Below are positions 1 through 10,494 of a stretch of 64,000 nucleotides of DNA, piece by piece. Each line of letters opens with the position of its first letter. Position 1 is the stretch's first letter. The notes under the pieces are model-generated. The model was not told where the DNA came from. It did not search any database and worked only from the letters and a program-made list of their open reading frames with translations. Both the position numbers and the translations under genes were made by a program. Source of the DNA: a virus; the IMG/VR virus record IMGVR_UViG_3300042516_005163, positions 11,140 to 75,139 of that record. The stretch is one strand, 5' to 3'.

Positions 1-216
1 AATCTATCAGATCCTGATAATTTTCAGGATTATCAAACAGAATTCATAATTACTGCTCTGGATGAATATGATAATAAAGTAGCCACATTTACATATACTA
101 AAGCTTTTCCAGTTGCGTTAGGGGAATTAGGATATGACTACCGCAGTGGTGAAGAAATGGAGTGTAATTTCTCTTTTGTATTCTCACAACTACGTATAAA
201 TTTAATCAATACGTAA
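1..216 (+). CDS. Tail completion/sheath stabiliser, T4 gp3-like (3' part, runs off window)
   Basis: Frame 1 reads ...EFIITALDEYDNKVATFTYTKAFPVALGELGYDYRSGEEMECNFSFVFSQL..stop at 216; tube-fold AFPxxLG motif; directly upstream of sheath. Confidence 0.6.
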   Translation, partial: NLSDPDNFQDYQTEFIITALDEYDNKVATFTYTKAFPVALGELGYDYRSGEEMECNFSFVFSQLRINLINT

Positions 217-236
217 AAAACATAGTTGAAAAATAA

Positions 237-242
237 TAAATA
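237..242 (+). promoter_or_regulatory. T4-type late promoter core TAAATA, 5 nt before sheath ATG
   Basis: TAAATA-ttgat-ATG; same arrangement before ~25 late genes. Confidence 0.7.
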
Positions 243-247
243 TTGAT

Positions 248-2608
248 ATGGCAACAAGAAGAACTATCCAATCACCAGGTGTTGAAATTAGGGAATTTGA
301 TTTATCTGAAAGACCCGCAATACCTCTCGGTACTAGTGTTTATATTACAGGTTTCGCAAATCAAGGTCCAACTGACGAAGTTACAGAAATTTCTAACTTA
401 GGGGATTTTGAACTCATCTACGGTAAACCAACAAATGCAGCCGAACGTTACTTTTACCACACTGTAAGAGCGTCATTCCAAAATAGAAATACCCGTGTGA
501 ACGTTAATCGCTTACCATATGGTGTAGCAAATGGTACAGGATTTGGTAGCTTTTATACAGCTCTTGTATTCCCAGCTCAATTTTATAATGCTAACACCAA
601 CACTTTAACATCAAATCTTGATGGTCTTTCTGGTGTCTATTTTTTAGGTAGGCCAAAGCAATTCTCACTTACAAAAGATCAGTATCAATCAATTGTTGAT
701 GGTACAGGTTTTACTTGGTCCAAGACTGCATCAGCAGTTTCACAAATTGCAGGTGTTGCTAATTTCGGTAATGCGGGTGCAATTATTGTTAATAAAGGTC
801 AAACAACCATTGATCAAGGCTTTAAAGGCTATTATGTAAGCATGGTTGATAACGTTGACGCTGATAACATTGGTTCTAGCTTCAATAAGATTCAAACAGC
901 CCTTACAGTTTCACAGACTGCAGTAGGTGGTTTAACAAACTACACAACAATTCCAGGGAGCGTATTAACATTTAGCCTTACAAGTGCTGCTGGTAATACA
1001 TCCGATTCACTTTCATATGTGATGGAAACAGCATCAAGAGGTTATATCATTGGTAATGATAACCAATTTGATGACGTACTCAATCTTGGTGTGTTTAAGC
1101 TTAATAGCAGCGTGTTCCTTGACGACCCTAACAAGCTTGTATATCTTCCCCAAGAACTTTACACTGGTTCGTTTACCGATCCATTTAGACAATTCGCTCC
1201 AGCAAATGGTGGCGCACCAGTAACATATTCATTACAGAATATTATTGCTGATAGAAGTGCAAATATTTCATTGCTTGTTAACCCATATATTACCAACCAA
1301 GCTCTTGATAGCATTGGTAAAGGTACATCATATGATTCTAATAGCTCGGTTAAGACACTTAAGAAGATAAGAACAGTTAACAACAACATGATTTCTAACT
1401 ACACAACTTTATCAAGTTTTGTTGGTTATGAAATACCACAAGTAACAATCAATTCTACTGTTAGTGCATTAGGTTATGTAGATTCACTTCTACCACTTGG
1501 TACATATTCACCAACCGGTCCACAAAACGACAAGGTAGTTGGTAATGTGGTTGATAAACTTAATAGATCGATGGCAAAGATCAAAGACGATGAACTTTAT
1601 AATATTGATATGGTTCTCGAAGGTGGTCTTGGTACAATCTACTCATTCACACAAGTAACTGGATTGTCATCATATGATGATACAACCAATAATCAAACAT
1701 GGAATGCAGCATTAACTAGTATTCAACGTACATCAAATGTAACAGGTACTGACTTACAAACCTATTATAATGCTGTTGTTAATGAATTCCTTGGTGTTGC
1801 AACAACATATCAACAAGGTGGTCGTGGCGATACATTCTTTATTGCAGATCCAATTAGACATCTCTTTGTACAAGGTGCTAATACTAAAGTATCTGAAGGT
1901 AATTCATTCGTCTTTTCACGAGACATTTACTGGGCATTAAGAAACCTTTATAATAGCGTTGATACCTCATATGCTGCTGCATATGCTAACTGGGTTGCAG
2001 TTATCGATAGTGTAACAAACGTTAAGACATGGGTACCATCATCAGGTTTCGTTGCAGCTCGTATGGTAGCAACAGATGATCTTATCGGTCCATGGATTGC
2101 ACCAGCTGGTTTCAATCGAGGTATTATTCAAGGTATTGTTGATATTGCATTCTCACCAAATCAACGTCAACGTGATGACCTCTATAAGGCAAGAATGAAC
2201 CCAATTGCACAATTCCCAGGTCAGGGTAATGTGATTTTCGGTCAGAAAACACTTCAAACCAAGCCAAGTGCCTTTGATAGAGTAAATGTACGTCGTGGTT
2301 TCCTTTACTACGAAAAAGCAGTGAAACAAACAATGAAGTTCTTCGTGTTTGAACCTAACACTGAATTTACTCGTAACAGAGTGTTAGCTACACTTAACCC
2401 ATTCTTTGAAAGAATTAGAGCTGCAGAAGGTGTTTATGACTTCTTAGTTGTATGCGACGACCGCAATAATACACCAGATACAATTGATGAAAATGAACTT
2501 ATCATTGACATCTATCTCAAACCAGTTCGTGCTGCAGAGTTCATTCTTGTTAACTTCTACGCTACAAGAACCAGTGCAAACTTTGAAGAATTGGTAGCAA
2601 GAGCGTAA
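248..2608 (+). CDS. Contractile tail sheath protein (T4 gp18-like)
   Basis: N-term SPGVEIREFDLS; C-term WIAPAGFNRG, GQKTLQ..SAFDRVNVRR, FEPN, KPVRAAEFI. Confidence 0.95.
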   Translation: MATRRTIQSPGVEIREFDLSERPAIPLGTSVYITGFANQGPTDEVTEISNLGDFELIYGKPTNAAERYFYHTVRASFQNRNTRVNVNRLPYGVANGTGFGSFYTALVFPAQFYNANTNTLTSNLDGLSGVYFLGRPKQFSLTKDQYQSIVDGTGFTWSKTASAVSQIAGVANFGNAGAIIVNKGQTTIDQGFKGYYVSMVDNVDADNIGSSFNKIQTALTVSQTAVGGLTNYTTIPGSVLTFSLTSAAGNTSDSLSYVMETASRGYIIGNDNQFDDVLNLGVFKLNSSVFLDDPNKLVYLPQELYTGSFTDPFRQFAPANGGAPVTYSLQNIIADRSANISLLVNPYITNQALDSIGKGTSYDSNSSVKTLKKIRTVNNNMISNYTTLSSFVGYEIPQVTINSTVSALGYVDSLLPLGTYSPTGPQNDKVVGNVVDKLNRSMAKIKDDELYNIDMVLEGGLGTIYSFTQVTGLSSYDDTTNNQTWNAALTSIQRTSNVTGTDLQTYYNAVVNEFLGVATTYQQGGRGDTFFIADPIRHLFVQGANTKVSEGNSFVFSRDIYWALRNLYNSVDTSYAAAYANWVAVIDSVTNVKTWVPSSGFVAARMVATDDLIGPWIAPAGFNRGIIQGIVDIAFSPNQRQRDDLYKARMNPIAQFPGQGNVIFGQKTLQTKPSAFDRVNVRRGFLYYEKAVKQTMKFFVFEPNTEFTRNRVLATLNPFFERIRAAEGVYDFLVVCDDRNNTPDTIDENELIIDIYLKPVRAAEFILVNFYATRTSANFEELVARA

Positions 2609-2634
2609 TATAACAACTAACATAAATAATTCAT

Positions 2635-3219
2635 ATGGCATCAATCAATCAAAATATTCAAACGTTTTACACACAAGCCGCTAATAAGGATTTCTCAAGA
2701 GATTTCCTTTTCAGGGTTGTAAGAATGCAAGGTGTTGGCTTACCAGACCTCAGAGATGAGGATCTTGTATATGCTAAGGCTGCACAATTACCTGGTAGAA
2801 CGATTGAAAATGTTAATGCATCATACATGGGCTTAAAGTTCAATGTACCTGGAGCTGCTACTTATGATGCATCAGATTCATATGACATAACATTTTATCT
2901 TGATGCAAGCCAAGAAGACTTAAGAACTAAGTTTGAAATTGCATCAAGAGAAATTTTTAATGATGGTCAAAGTACAGGTAATTATTTGATTCCAGGTGTT
3001 GAAAACCTTATTGTACTCACACAGTTAAATAAGGACCTCACACCACTTGGTAATTATTACAATCTTATCGGTGCGCAACTTCGTAAGATTGGTTCTCTTG
3101 ATTATAAAATAGCTGAAGGCAAAGGTGAATTAATGGAACTCAAAACTACCATGTCATATCATTATTATACCGTTGGTGCTATTGGTCAGGCTCTTCAACA
3201 GCCACTTGGGTCGAATTGA
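2635..3219 (+). CDS. Tail tube protein (T4 gp19-like)
   Basis: 194 aa directly after sheath; AQLPGRTI..VNASYMG..FNVPG tube motif. Confidence 0.85.
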   Translation: MASINQNIQTFYTQAANKDFSRDFLFRVVRMQGVGLPDLRDEDLVYAKAAQLPGRTIENVNASYMGLKFNVPGAATYDASDSYDITFYLDASQEDLRTKFEIASREIFNDGQSTGNYLIPGVENLIVLTQLNKDLTPLGNYYNLIGAQLRKIGSLDYKIAEGKGELMELKTTMSYHYYTVGAIGQALQQPLGSN

Positions 3220-3225
3220 TAGAGC

Positions 3226-3233
3226 TATAAATA
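3226..3233 (+). promoter_or_regulatory. Late promoter TATAAATA
   Basis: Full T4 late consensus, 5 nt before GTG at 3239. Confidence 0.75.
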
Positions 3234-3238
3234 ATTAG

Positions 3239-4342
3239 GTGCCAAACACCACTTTACAGTTCCTTAATTATATTTCTGGACCATGGGATCAAAGTATCCC
3301 GCTACGCACTTTATGGACATTACAGTTCGATAATTTGCCTAGAGTAATGGCTGGTGTTGATTTTATACTTGGTAATACAGAACGAACAAACTCAAGTGTT
3401 AGTAGATTTCCTATTAATTTCCGTATAAGCAATTCAATATACGGAAATTCTACTGTACCAACATTATTAGCACAAAAAATAGAATTTCCAAATGATTCGG
3501 TTGGTACTAGTTATACAGAAAACGAGAATATGGGTGGTTTGATTGGGGGTTATTATGCAAGACAACGTGAACCGTATAATTCTATAACTGTAAATTTCTT
3601 AGAAACTAATAAAGATATTATTGACTTTATTATGAGACCTTGGGTGATAGCTGTATCACATAAAGGGTTAATAGAAGATGGTGAAACGTTTATTAAAACC
3701 GATATAATAGCTAATATGTACTCTAAATTTAGTGAAAATAACTGGGCTTTACGTAAAACGGTGGTTTTTGAAGGAGCAGCTCCAGTGACAGTTCCAGGTG
3801 ATAATTTGAACTATGAAAGTAGTGACAATAGTAATATAATTAAACCTTGCACATTTACATATAAACGTTACTATATTACAGATGGAACTAAATCTACTAG
3901 TGGTGTTGGTAGTACAGATGTTGGGGGAGCTCTAGCAGCTGAAGCAAATGTAGGAGCAGCAGGTATTGATACCCAAGGTGCTGGTGCTACTACTAGCACA
4001 ACCAGACAACCACAACCAACACCAGTAACTACACCTGCAGGTACCACAACCGCAGCACCATTTAGATCACTACCAGATGCATCAAAACCACAGCAACCAG
4101 ATCAAAAAATGAAAGATTTGGTAGCTACAAATCGTTTTAATCGATCAGCTCAAAATCCAAATAGTGTGTTTAATACACCAACCACACAAGGAATCACCAC
4201 CCCCACTCCTGGTCCAGCTCAACAAACTTTAAACAATGCACTAAATCAATTTGCTAACGTGCCTTTACCTAAAGCTCAACAACCACAACAGCAAACCCTT
4301 ACAAGAAGCCAAGCAATTGATTTTTTAAATACGTTAAAGTAA
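3239..4342 (+). CDS. Tube-fold baseplate/tail-tube initiator (gp54-like) with Q/P/T-rich C-terminal tail
   Basis: ITVNFLET..FIMRPW, FEGAAPV, FTYKRY tube-like motifs; position after tube. Confidence 0.55.
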   Translation: MPNTTLQFLNYISGPWDQSIPLRTLWTLQFDNLPRVMAGVDFILGNTERTNSSVSRFPINFRISNSIYGNSTVPTLLAQKIEFPNDSVGTSYTENENMGGLIGGYYARQREPYNSITVNFLETNKDIIDFIMRPWVIAVSHKGLIEDGETFIKTDIIANMYSKFSENNWALRKTVVFEGAAPVTVPGDNLNYESSDNSNIIKPCTFTYKRYYITDGTKSTSGVGSTDVGGALAAEANVGAAGIDTQGAGATTSTTRQPQPTPVTTPAGTTTAAPFRSLPDASKPQQPDQKMKDLVATNRFNRSAQNPNSVFNTPTTQGITTPTPGPAQQTLNNALNQFANVPLPKAQQPQQQTLTRSQAIDFLNTLK

Positions 4343-4352
4343 ATAAAAGACA

Positions 4353-5183
4353 ATGTTTGATTTTCCATTAATATTACCATCGGGTAATAAGGTAAGAATA
4401 CCTGAAATAACCAATCAAGACGTTTATGCATTAATGAAGTTTTGTGTATTCAATGATATTGAAGGTTTTGAAAAATATGTTAATAGAATTATATTCGACC
4501 ATTTACCATCATTAACTATAATTGATAAATTTTATATCTTATTATTTTTACGGGTAATATATTTGGGTGAAGAAGTCACATTTAATTTAAAAGAATCTTT
4601 TACCGATAAATTAAATGTATCTTTAAGTGTAATCTTAGAAAAATTTGAACAACTTACACCACCTACAAATGAAGTAATAGCAATTGATAATTTTAAAGTA
4701 GAATTAGGTATACCTATACAACTTTATTTTAACACTATTGATGAACTATATTTTAGTTTAATTAGATCCGTTACATATAATGGTTCAAAAATTGACTTCA
4801 ACACAATTACAGAAGAGGAAAAACAAAAGATTTACGAACTGTTACCACCGAAATTTATTAACGAGCTACAACGTTTTTATACAACTCTTATCAACACTTT
4901 AGGTAATTTAGTTGTTTTTGAGGAAAATAAAACGTTTAACGTTAACGAAATCAGTGTAAATTTCCTTTCAAACCAGCCATGCTATTTTATAAAACAACTC
5001 TATTCACAGGATATTAATTCATTTTTAGAGTTTATGTATCAATTTGTTAACAAAGTTGGTGGATCGTTTAGTGATTTCCTTAAGTTGAGTATTAATGATT
5101 GTAAGATTATATTTAACTTTTACGTTGATGAGGTTAAAAAGCAGAATGAGGAGTTGAAAAAACAGAACCCAAAATTTAAATAA
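4353..5183 (+). CDS. Baseplate hub assembly protein (gp26/gp51-like)
   Basis: LPSGNKVRI..DKFYILLFLR motif; C-term DEVKKQNEE resembles gp51. Confidence 0.5.
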   Translation: MFDFPLILPSGNKVRIPEITNQDVYALMKFCVFNDIEGFEKYVNRIIFDHLPSLTIIDKFYILLFLRVIYLGEEVTFNLKESFTDKLNVSLSVILEKFEQLTPPTNEVIAIDNFKVELGIPIQLYFNTIDELYFSLIRSVTYNGSKIDFNTITEEEKQKIYELLPPKFINELQRFYTTLINTLGNLVVFEENKTFNVNEISVNFLSNQPCYFIKQLYSQDINSFLEFMYQFVNKVGGSFSDFLKLSINDCKIIFNFYVDEVKKQNEELKKQNPKFK

Positions 5184-5188
5184 ACAAA

Positions 5189-5926
5189 ATGTCTAACGTA
5201 ACCAATTTTATTGAAAAATTAACTGAAGCAAGAGAACAAGAGTTAATTTCTGTTTATATTCCATCAATTGATAAGCCTGTTAATTTTTATCCTCTTAATG
5301 TTAAACAACAAAAATTACTATTAAGACATTCGATCGATGGTGCATCTGGTATGATTAGCATTCTAAAGGAAATGAATAACATTATTCTTGAGAACGCTAC
5401 CGACAAAACTATTAATTTCCTTACTGTTGATAAATACCCGGTGTTGTTAGCACTAAGACAACAAGCTATAGGAAATGAAATTACCATTAATGGTAAGCAA
5501 TATAATATTAGTGAATTATCTACACCTACTAAGCTGGAACAAAAATATATTTCCAAAACTATTGACTATAAACAGTTCAAAGTTACGTTAGACCTACCGA
5601 CCCTGTTACAAGATAATAACTTCTTAGTCAAAACAATCTCTGAAACGGCAAAGTTAGGAGAAGACAAGGTTAAAGAGACACTTACAACAATGTATGTATA
5701 TGAAATTGCTAAGTTTATCACAACAATTTCATTTGGTGATATCGTTGTAGATTTTAATGTTATTTCTATAACGGATAAAAAACAAGTTGTTGAGAGTTTA
5801 CCAATGAAACTCAATCAAAAAATTCTTAACTTTATTTCCGATGTACGTGAATTAGAAAATAAATTTATTACGTTTGCTGATAATACTATTATACCTATTA
5901 ATACGCTATTCCTATCTACCCAATAA
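5189..5926 (+). CDS. Baseplate hub assembly protein (gp26-like)
   Basis: YIPSIDKPVNFYPLNVKQQKLL, DKYPVLLALRQQAIG, ESLP motifs. Confidence 0.6.
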   Translation: MSNVTNFIEKLTEAREQELISVYIPSIDKPVNFYPLNVKQQKLLLRHSIDGASGMISILKEMNNIILENATDKTINFLTVDKYPVLLALRQQAIGNEITINGKQYNISELSTPTKLEQKYISKTIDYKQFKVTLDLPTLLQDNNFLVKTISETAKLGEDKVKETLTTMYVYEIAKFITTISFGDIVVDFNVISITDKKQVVESLPMKLNQKILNFISDVRELENKFITFADNTIIPINTLFLSTQ

Positions 5927-5938
5927 ATAATTGGATAG

Positions 5939-7441
5939 ATGGCTAACCTAGAATCAGTAGCTTTACTCCAATTAATTGACGTTCTCAAGAAATTAACTGA
6001 GCGGGTAGGAGTACCTGTTTCACCAACTAGTGGTAAACAAAATCCGTTAGTGGTATCACCTTCAGATGATGCAGAGCGTGCAAAAATTTGGGGTGAAACA
6101 TTAGAAATTGGTAAGTTTAGTAAAACCACCACTTCAACTACATCACTTACTAATAACCCATTTGGTATTCTTGGTATTGATAGTAAACAATTAGTAAATT
6201 TATCAAAAGATTTAGGCGTTTCGGTGGAAGGGTTGTTAATGTTTAAAAATTTAGATTGGGAGATGATATCTGTAGCTGCAGAATATTTAGACGATTTTCT
6301 TTTAGATTTAACTCTAATGGAAGATAAAATTATTAAGTCTGTTACGATTGCTAATATGTTGAAAACAGTTGCAGCAGGTCTATCAGAAATTGGTATTTTT
6401 GGTGCTGCAGCTACGGTAGCAGCTTGGACTATAATAGCTGGTGCTTTAATACCCATTGGTGCTGTTATGGCAGCACTTGCGTTTATAGCTCCATTTGCAC
6501 CTGTTATAGAAGCTGGTCTTTTAACTGTTCAAACCGTTATAGGTGCATTAATGTTGAATGCAGCTTTAGGTATAGCATTAATTGCTGGTATAGGATTAGC
6601 TTTTATACCTCTTGCATATGGATTATCTAAACTAGCAGAAATTGAATGGGAAACACTTGGTAAAGCAGGTGCGGTACTTGGTGTATTATTAGGGGTTATA
6701 ATTGGATTGGGTGTACCAGCTGTAGCAGCGTTAGCTGGTCTTGGTGTGGGTGTAATGTTGGGAATTGCAGCTGGGTTAGGAGCTTTCGGGTTAGCTGTTA
6801 GTTATATTTCATCCCTTAATTTTGAAAAATTACCAGAAATTGGCACAAATATTGGTAAATTTTTAAAAAATATAGTTAGTGGTGAAGGTGAAGGCTTTTC
6901 TGGATTTGTTTCAGATTTGTGGAGTGGTGGTAAACTTGCAGGGTTAGGTCCAATATTATTAGCTGTTAGTGCTGGTGTTGCAGCTTTAGGTGCATCAATT
7001 AATAGCGTGGTTCCAAATGTAGATAAATTTACAAATTTTATTACTAGTTTTGTTAATGTTGATCTTGGTAAAATAATTAGTGTAAGTGATCAAATGACTG
7101 CTAGCTTTGATAATATTAGTAGAAGTATTCAAAACGTGGGTGAATCTATTGACCAAGTGAGTTTTTCTAAATTAGCTTTATTAGCAACAAATTTAGGTAA
7201 AGTTGCTGTAAGTGTAAATGCATTTAGTCCTGAAATGACAAAAACAAACGCTATTCTTACAGAACAACTTTTGATACAAAAACAACAGCTAGTTGAATTA
7301 CAAAATCAAAGCGGGTTGCTTAAAAATCTTAAAGTAGGTGGTGGAAGCGTATCATCAGCTAATAGTATGGGAAAGAGCATGTTAGGTGATTTCACTGATA
7401 CAAGACAATCTTTTAGAGAATCCGCCTATTACACCAAATAA
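5939..7441 (+). CDS. Tape measure protein
   Basis: Long Ala/Gly/Leu-rich hydrophobic helical stretch; position after hub chaperones. Confidence 0.65.
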   Translation: MANLESVALLQLIDVLKKLTERVGVPVSPTSGKQNPLVVSPSDDAERAKIWGETLEIGKFSKTTTSTTSLTNNPFGILGIDSKQLVNLSKDLGVSVEGLLMFKNLDWEMISVAAEYLDDFLLDLTLMEDKIIKSVTIANMLKTVAAGLSEIGIFGAAATVAAWTIIAGALIPIGAVMAALAFIAPFAPVIEAGLLTVQTVIGALMLNAALGIALIAGIGLAFIPLAYGLSKLAEIEWETLGKAGAVLGVLLGVIIGLGVPAVAALAGLGVGVMLGIAAGLGAFGLAVSYISSLNFEKLPEIGTNIGKFLKNIVSGEGEGFSGFVSDLWSGGKLAGLGPILLAVSAGVAALGASINSVVPNVDKFTNFITSFVNVDLGKIISVSDQMTASFDNISRSIQNVGESIDQVSFSKLALLATNLGKVAVSVNAFSPEMTKTNAILTEQLLIQKQQLVELQNQSGLLKNLKVGGGSVSSANSMGKSMLGDFTDTRQSFRESAYYTK

Positions 7442-7465
7442 CAAACCTGTTATTAAATATTTTAA

Positions 7466-8707
7466 ATGGCTAATTTTTTTACACTTCAAAAAGACACTGA
7501 GAGTGGTGTCACATTACCAGGTGGTTCTGGCCCTGTAGGGTTGCTTGGCGACGTTTATAGTGCAGATCCAGTTAATAATGGTATTGTAAGTGTTATTAGT
7601 AATATGAGATTTACTGGTAGTGACTTAACCACATATCAAAAATCTAGAATACCATTTTGTTTATTAAACGAATATGAGTTAATAACCAACTCAGCTGTTA
7701 GTTCACTTCTATATACATTACAAGGTGTAACCGGTGGTACGGGAGTTGCTCGTGCTGGTGGTAACGTGGTAAATACCATAAACACTTTAATAAAGCCAAG
7801 TGGTCCTCCTGCAGATTTAAGTACACAAGGGGGTATTAGTAATGGTCTTGACGCATTAGGGTTTACCGGTGTTGCAGAATTTACTAGAAATGCAGGTCAA
7901 ACAATTTCAGATTTCACCACACAGCTTGCTGCAGCATTACAAAGTGGTTTGAATGCTGTTGAAGAAGTGTTAAAAACGAGCCGTGAACAAACAGGGTCAA
8001 TAAAACCATACCAAAATTTATATGTAACCAAACCGACTGGGTTTCATTATACTTTTCCATATTATAGTAATAGTAAAAAAAATATAACATCAAATTTTAG
8101 TGTTACAGAAGCTGGATTACTTAATAACCCAATTATTAACACAGGAAGCAAGTTTATAACGTCAGGTATTGAAAAATTTGCACAGGTTGCTTTATTTACT
8201 GCACCTGGTGTATATATTGAACGGCCAAAATTTTATAATCTTGCTGATAGTGGTCCTGCATATGATATTAAATTTAGTTTAATTAATACGTTTGATGTAA
8301 GAGACATACAACGTCATTATGACTTTTTGTTTTTATTAACATTTCAAAATCTACCATATAGAAAAGATATAGCAAGGGTAAAATTACCACGAATTTATTC
8401 TTTTATATTACCTGGTGAGATTTTTTTACCATATGCTTATATTAGTAATATGACTGTCGATTTTGAGGGAAATCGACGTCTTATACGGTTAACACATCCA
8501 CTTGGTAACGTAGTCGAAAGTATTGTACCTGATGTTTATAATGTAACTATAACAGTTACAAGTTTAAATCCTGATGCTGGTAACTTTATGGTAGCAGATA
8601 AACTATTGAATATTAAATCATTTTTTGCTGACGATGGACCAGTTACGCAACCTGGATCTATAGTACCCGCACAAGTGGGATCAGCAATCCCGGCTTCCGC
8701 CGCATAA
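7466..8707 (+). CDS. Baseplate-tube junction protein (gp48-like)
   Basis: C-term tube-fold (YDIKFSLINT, PYAYISNMTVDF, PDVYNVTITV). Confidence 0.5.
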   Translation: MANFFTLQKDTESGVTLPGGSGPVGLLGDVYSADPVNNGIVSVISNMRFTGSDLTTYQKSRIPFCLLNEYELITNSAVSSLLYTLQGVTGGTGVARAGGNVVNTINTLIKPSGPPADLSTQGGISNGLDALGFTGVAEFTRNAGQTISDFTTQLAAALQSGLNAVEEVLKTSREQTGSIKPYQNLYVTKPTGFHYTFPYYSNSKKNITSNFSVTEAGLLNNPIINTGSKFITSGIEKFAQVALFTAPGVYIERPKFYNLADSGPAYDIKFSLINTFDVRDIQRHYDFLFLLTFQNLPYRKDIARVKLPRIYSFILPGEIFLPYAYISNMTVDFEGNRRLIRLTHPLGNVVESIVPDVYNVTITVTSLNPDAGNFMVADKLLNIKSFFADDGPVTQPGSIVPAQVGSAIPASAA

Positions 8708-8713
8708 TTACAT

Positions 8714-9082
8714 ATGACACCGCAACTTAAAAACAATGAAATTTTAAACTTACCGAAGATACCATCTACAAGGTATGAAAATATTTTTAATGTTTATACG
8801 TTTGTAAAACAAGATAAAGATTTTTATTTTTATAATCTTAATAATAAGGTGCAATTACCAGTAAATGTTGATAGTAATTATTTGAATACTATAGTTTTGG
8901 ATCGTACATTACCATGGACCACCCTAGCCTATAGGGTGTATGGTGATATGAATTTATGGTTTATTCTATATATTATGAATAAACAAAGTTCTACACCATC
9001 ATTCACTGCTAATATTGGTGATTCATTAATTTATATAAAACCAGAGTTTATTAGCGCAGTATTAAGTAAATTAAATGAGTGA
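8714..9082 (+). CDS. Baseplate wedge LysM-like protein (gp53-like)
   Basis: WTTLAYRVYGDMNLWFILYIMN matches gp53/LysM pattern. Confidence 0.75.
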   Translation: MTPQLKNNEILNLPKIPSTRYENIFNVYTFVKQDKDFYFYNLNNKVQLPVNVDSNYLNTIVLDRTLPWTTLAYRVYGDMNLWFILYIMNKQSSTPSFTANIGDSLIYIKPEFISAVLSKLNE

Positions 9083-10490
9083 GGTTGTCAAATTTAATAA
9101 TAGAAATTTTATATTTGAATGCGGTGCTATTAGTAATCGCATCACTAATAATTCTCCGGATCCAAAAATTATACCAATAAGTTTTAACACTATTGGTGAA
9201 ATAGTGGTCAATGATTCATTATTTGATCCATTTTTAGATGCAACGGTAACATTAAAAACAACAAATAATGGGCTTGAGGCTACACCGTTATTGAACTTCG
9301 AGTTTTTTGCTAATAACAACAATACTATTTCTTTAAAAATTGAACCTGAAGATACAGCGACTTTAGAAGGTGATGTGAAAAACCACAATATTGTCGGGTT
9401 TCGTGGTATAATTTGTCATAGTGATGCGTATGGTCCTGATACTAGTGTAGGTCAATTACATTTTTTTAAACTTACAGATTTTAGAGAAGCAATACTAAGA
9501 CAAACAAAACTTGCTGCAATTCAAATACCTAAAGTTGACGAAAATTATAATATTTCTCAAAATATTGATAATATAACTCGTAAAGTTTTAAACATAGGTG
9601 TTAACGCTGGTGATGAACAAAGTTCTAATTATATTGCTGAAAATGATACAGGGGGTATAAAATTTGATTATGTTTACCCTAACCATTTTAATGCTTTTGA
9701 TGCTATTAACTTTTTAATCCCATATAATATAACTGATGTAGGTGAATTACCTATCCAAAATATTTTTAAATATAACTATACTTTTGATATCTTTGGATCT
9801 ATACCCATCACACAAGTATTTCAAAATCCATATTCAGGCGAGTCAAATTTAGAAACATTTATTATCGGTGAAGATCAAATTGAAACTAATTCTGCACTTA
9901 ATACAAATGAAGCTCCGCGCGGCCCTAATTCAACCATATTATTACCAGATAATAAAATTAATAACATAGCTTACAATAATATACACTTTGACGTTGCAAA
10001 CAATGATTTATTACCAATTTGTGTTATGAACACAGTTAACCCACTTAATGTGGTGAGTATGGTGTATATAGACTTAGAAGAGCAAATTAAATTGTTTGAT
10101 AAAAATATTATTAAAGATAACCTAGCTCAATTATATGGGCGTGATGTTAAACTTAATATTGATATTGATCAATCAAAAACCGGTAAACAAAACTACAAAA
10201 TTTTTAATACAAATTTTAATATAGATACTGCAGTAAAAGTTGCAAAAGCTCAATTATATAACTCATTTATCTTTCAAAACATGTATATGACTATCACCAC
10301 AAAAGGTCAACCATATAGAGAGCCAGGCAAATTTATAAACATCAATAAACAACAAAATTTAAACACCGGCAGCGCTGCAGATCGTAAATTAATTGGTCAG
10401 TGGCTCGTAACTGAAGTTAAACATATATTTACAGGTAATGGTACATATACAAATGTCATTCAATGTGTAAAACCCTTCGTAAATAAATAA
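9075..10490 (+). CDS. Baseplate hub protein (gp27-like)
   Basis: IVVNDSLFDPFLDATV N-term; GQPYREPGKFINI..GQWLVTEVKHIF C-term. Confidence 0.7.
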   Translation: MSEVVKFNNRNFIFECGAISNRITNNSPDPKIIPISFNTIGEIVVNDSLFDPFLDATVTLKTTNNGLEATPLLNFEFFANNNNTISLKIEPEDTATLEGDVKNHNIVGFRGIICHSDAYGPDTSVGQLHFFKLTDFREAILRQTKLAAIQIPKVDENYNISQNIDNITRKVLNIGVNAGDEQSSNYIAENDTGGIKFDYVYPNHFNAFDAINFLIPYNITDVGELPIQNIFKYNYTFDIFGSIPITQVFQNPYSGESNLETFIIGEDQIETNSALNTNEAPRGPNSTILLPDNKINNIAYNNIHFDVANNDLLPICVMNTVNPLNVVSMVYIDLEEQIKLFDKNIIKDNLAQLYGRDVKLNIDIDQSKTGKQNYKIFNTNFNIDTAVKVAKAQLYNSFIFQNMYMTITTKGQPYREPGKFININKQQNLNTGSAADRKLIGQWLVTEVKHIFTGNGTYTNVIQCVKPFVNK

Positions 10491-10494
10491 TTTT

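Noticed and set aside
5815-6456. 213-aa antisense ORF over the tape measure, and similar shadows at 30851, 33706, 43382 and 51380
   Set aside because: They overlap well-supported genes and are explained by codon bias or repeats
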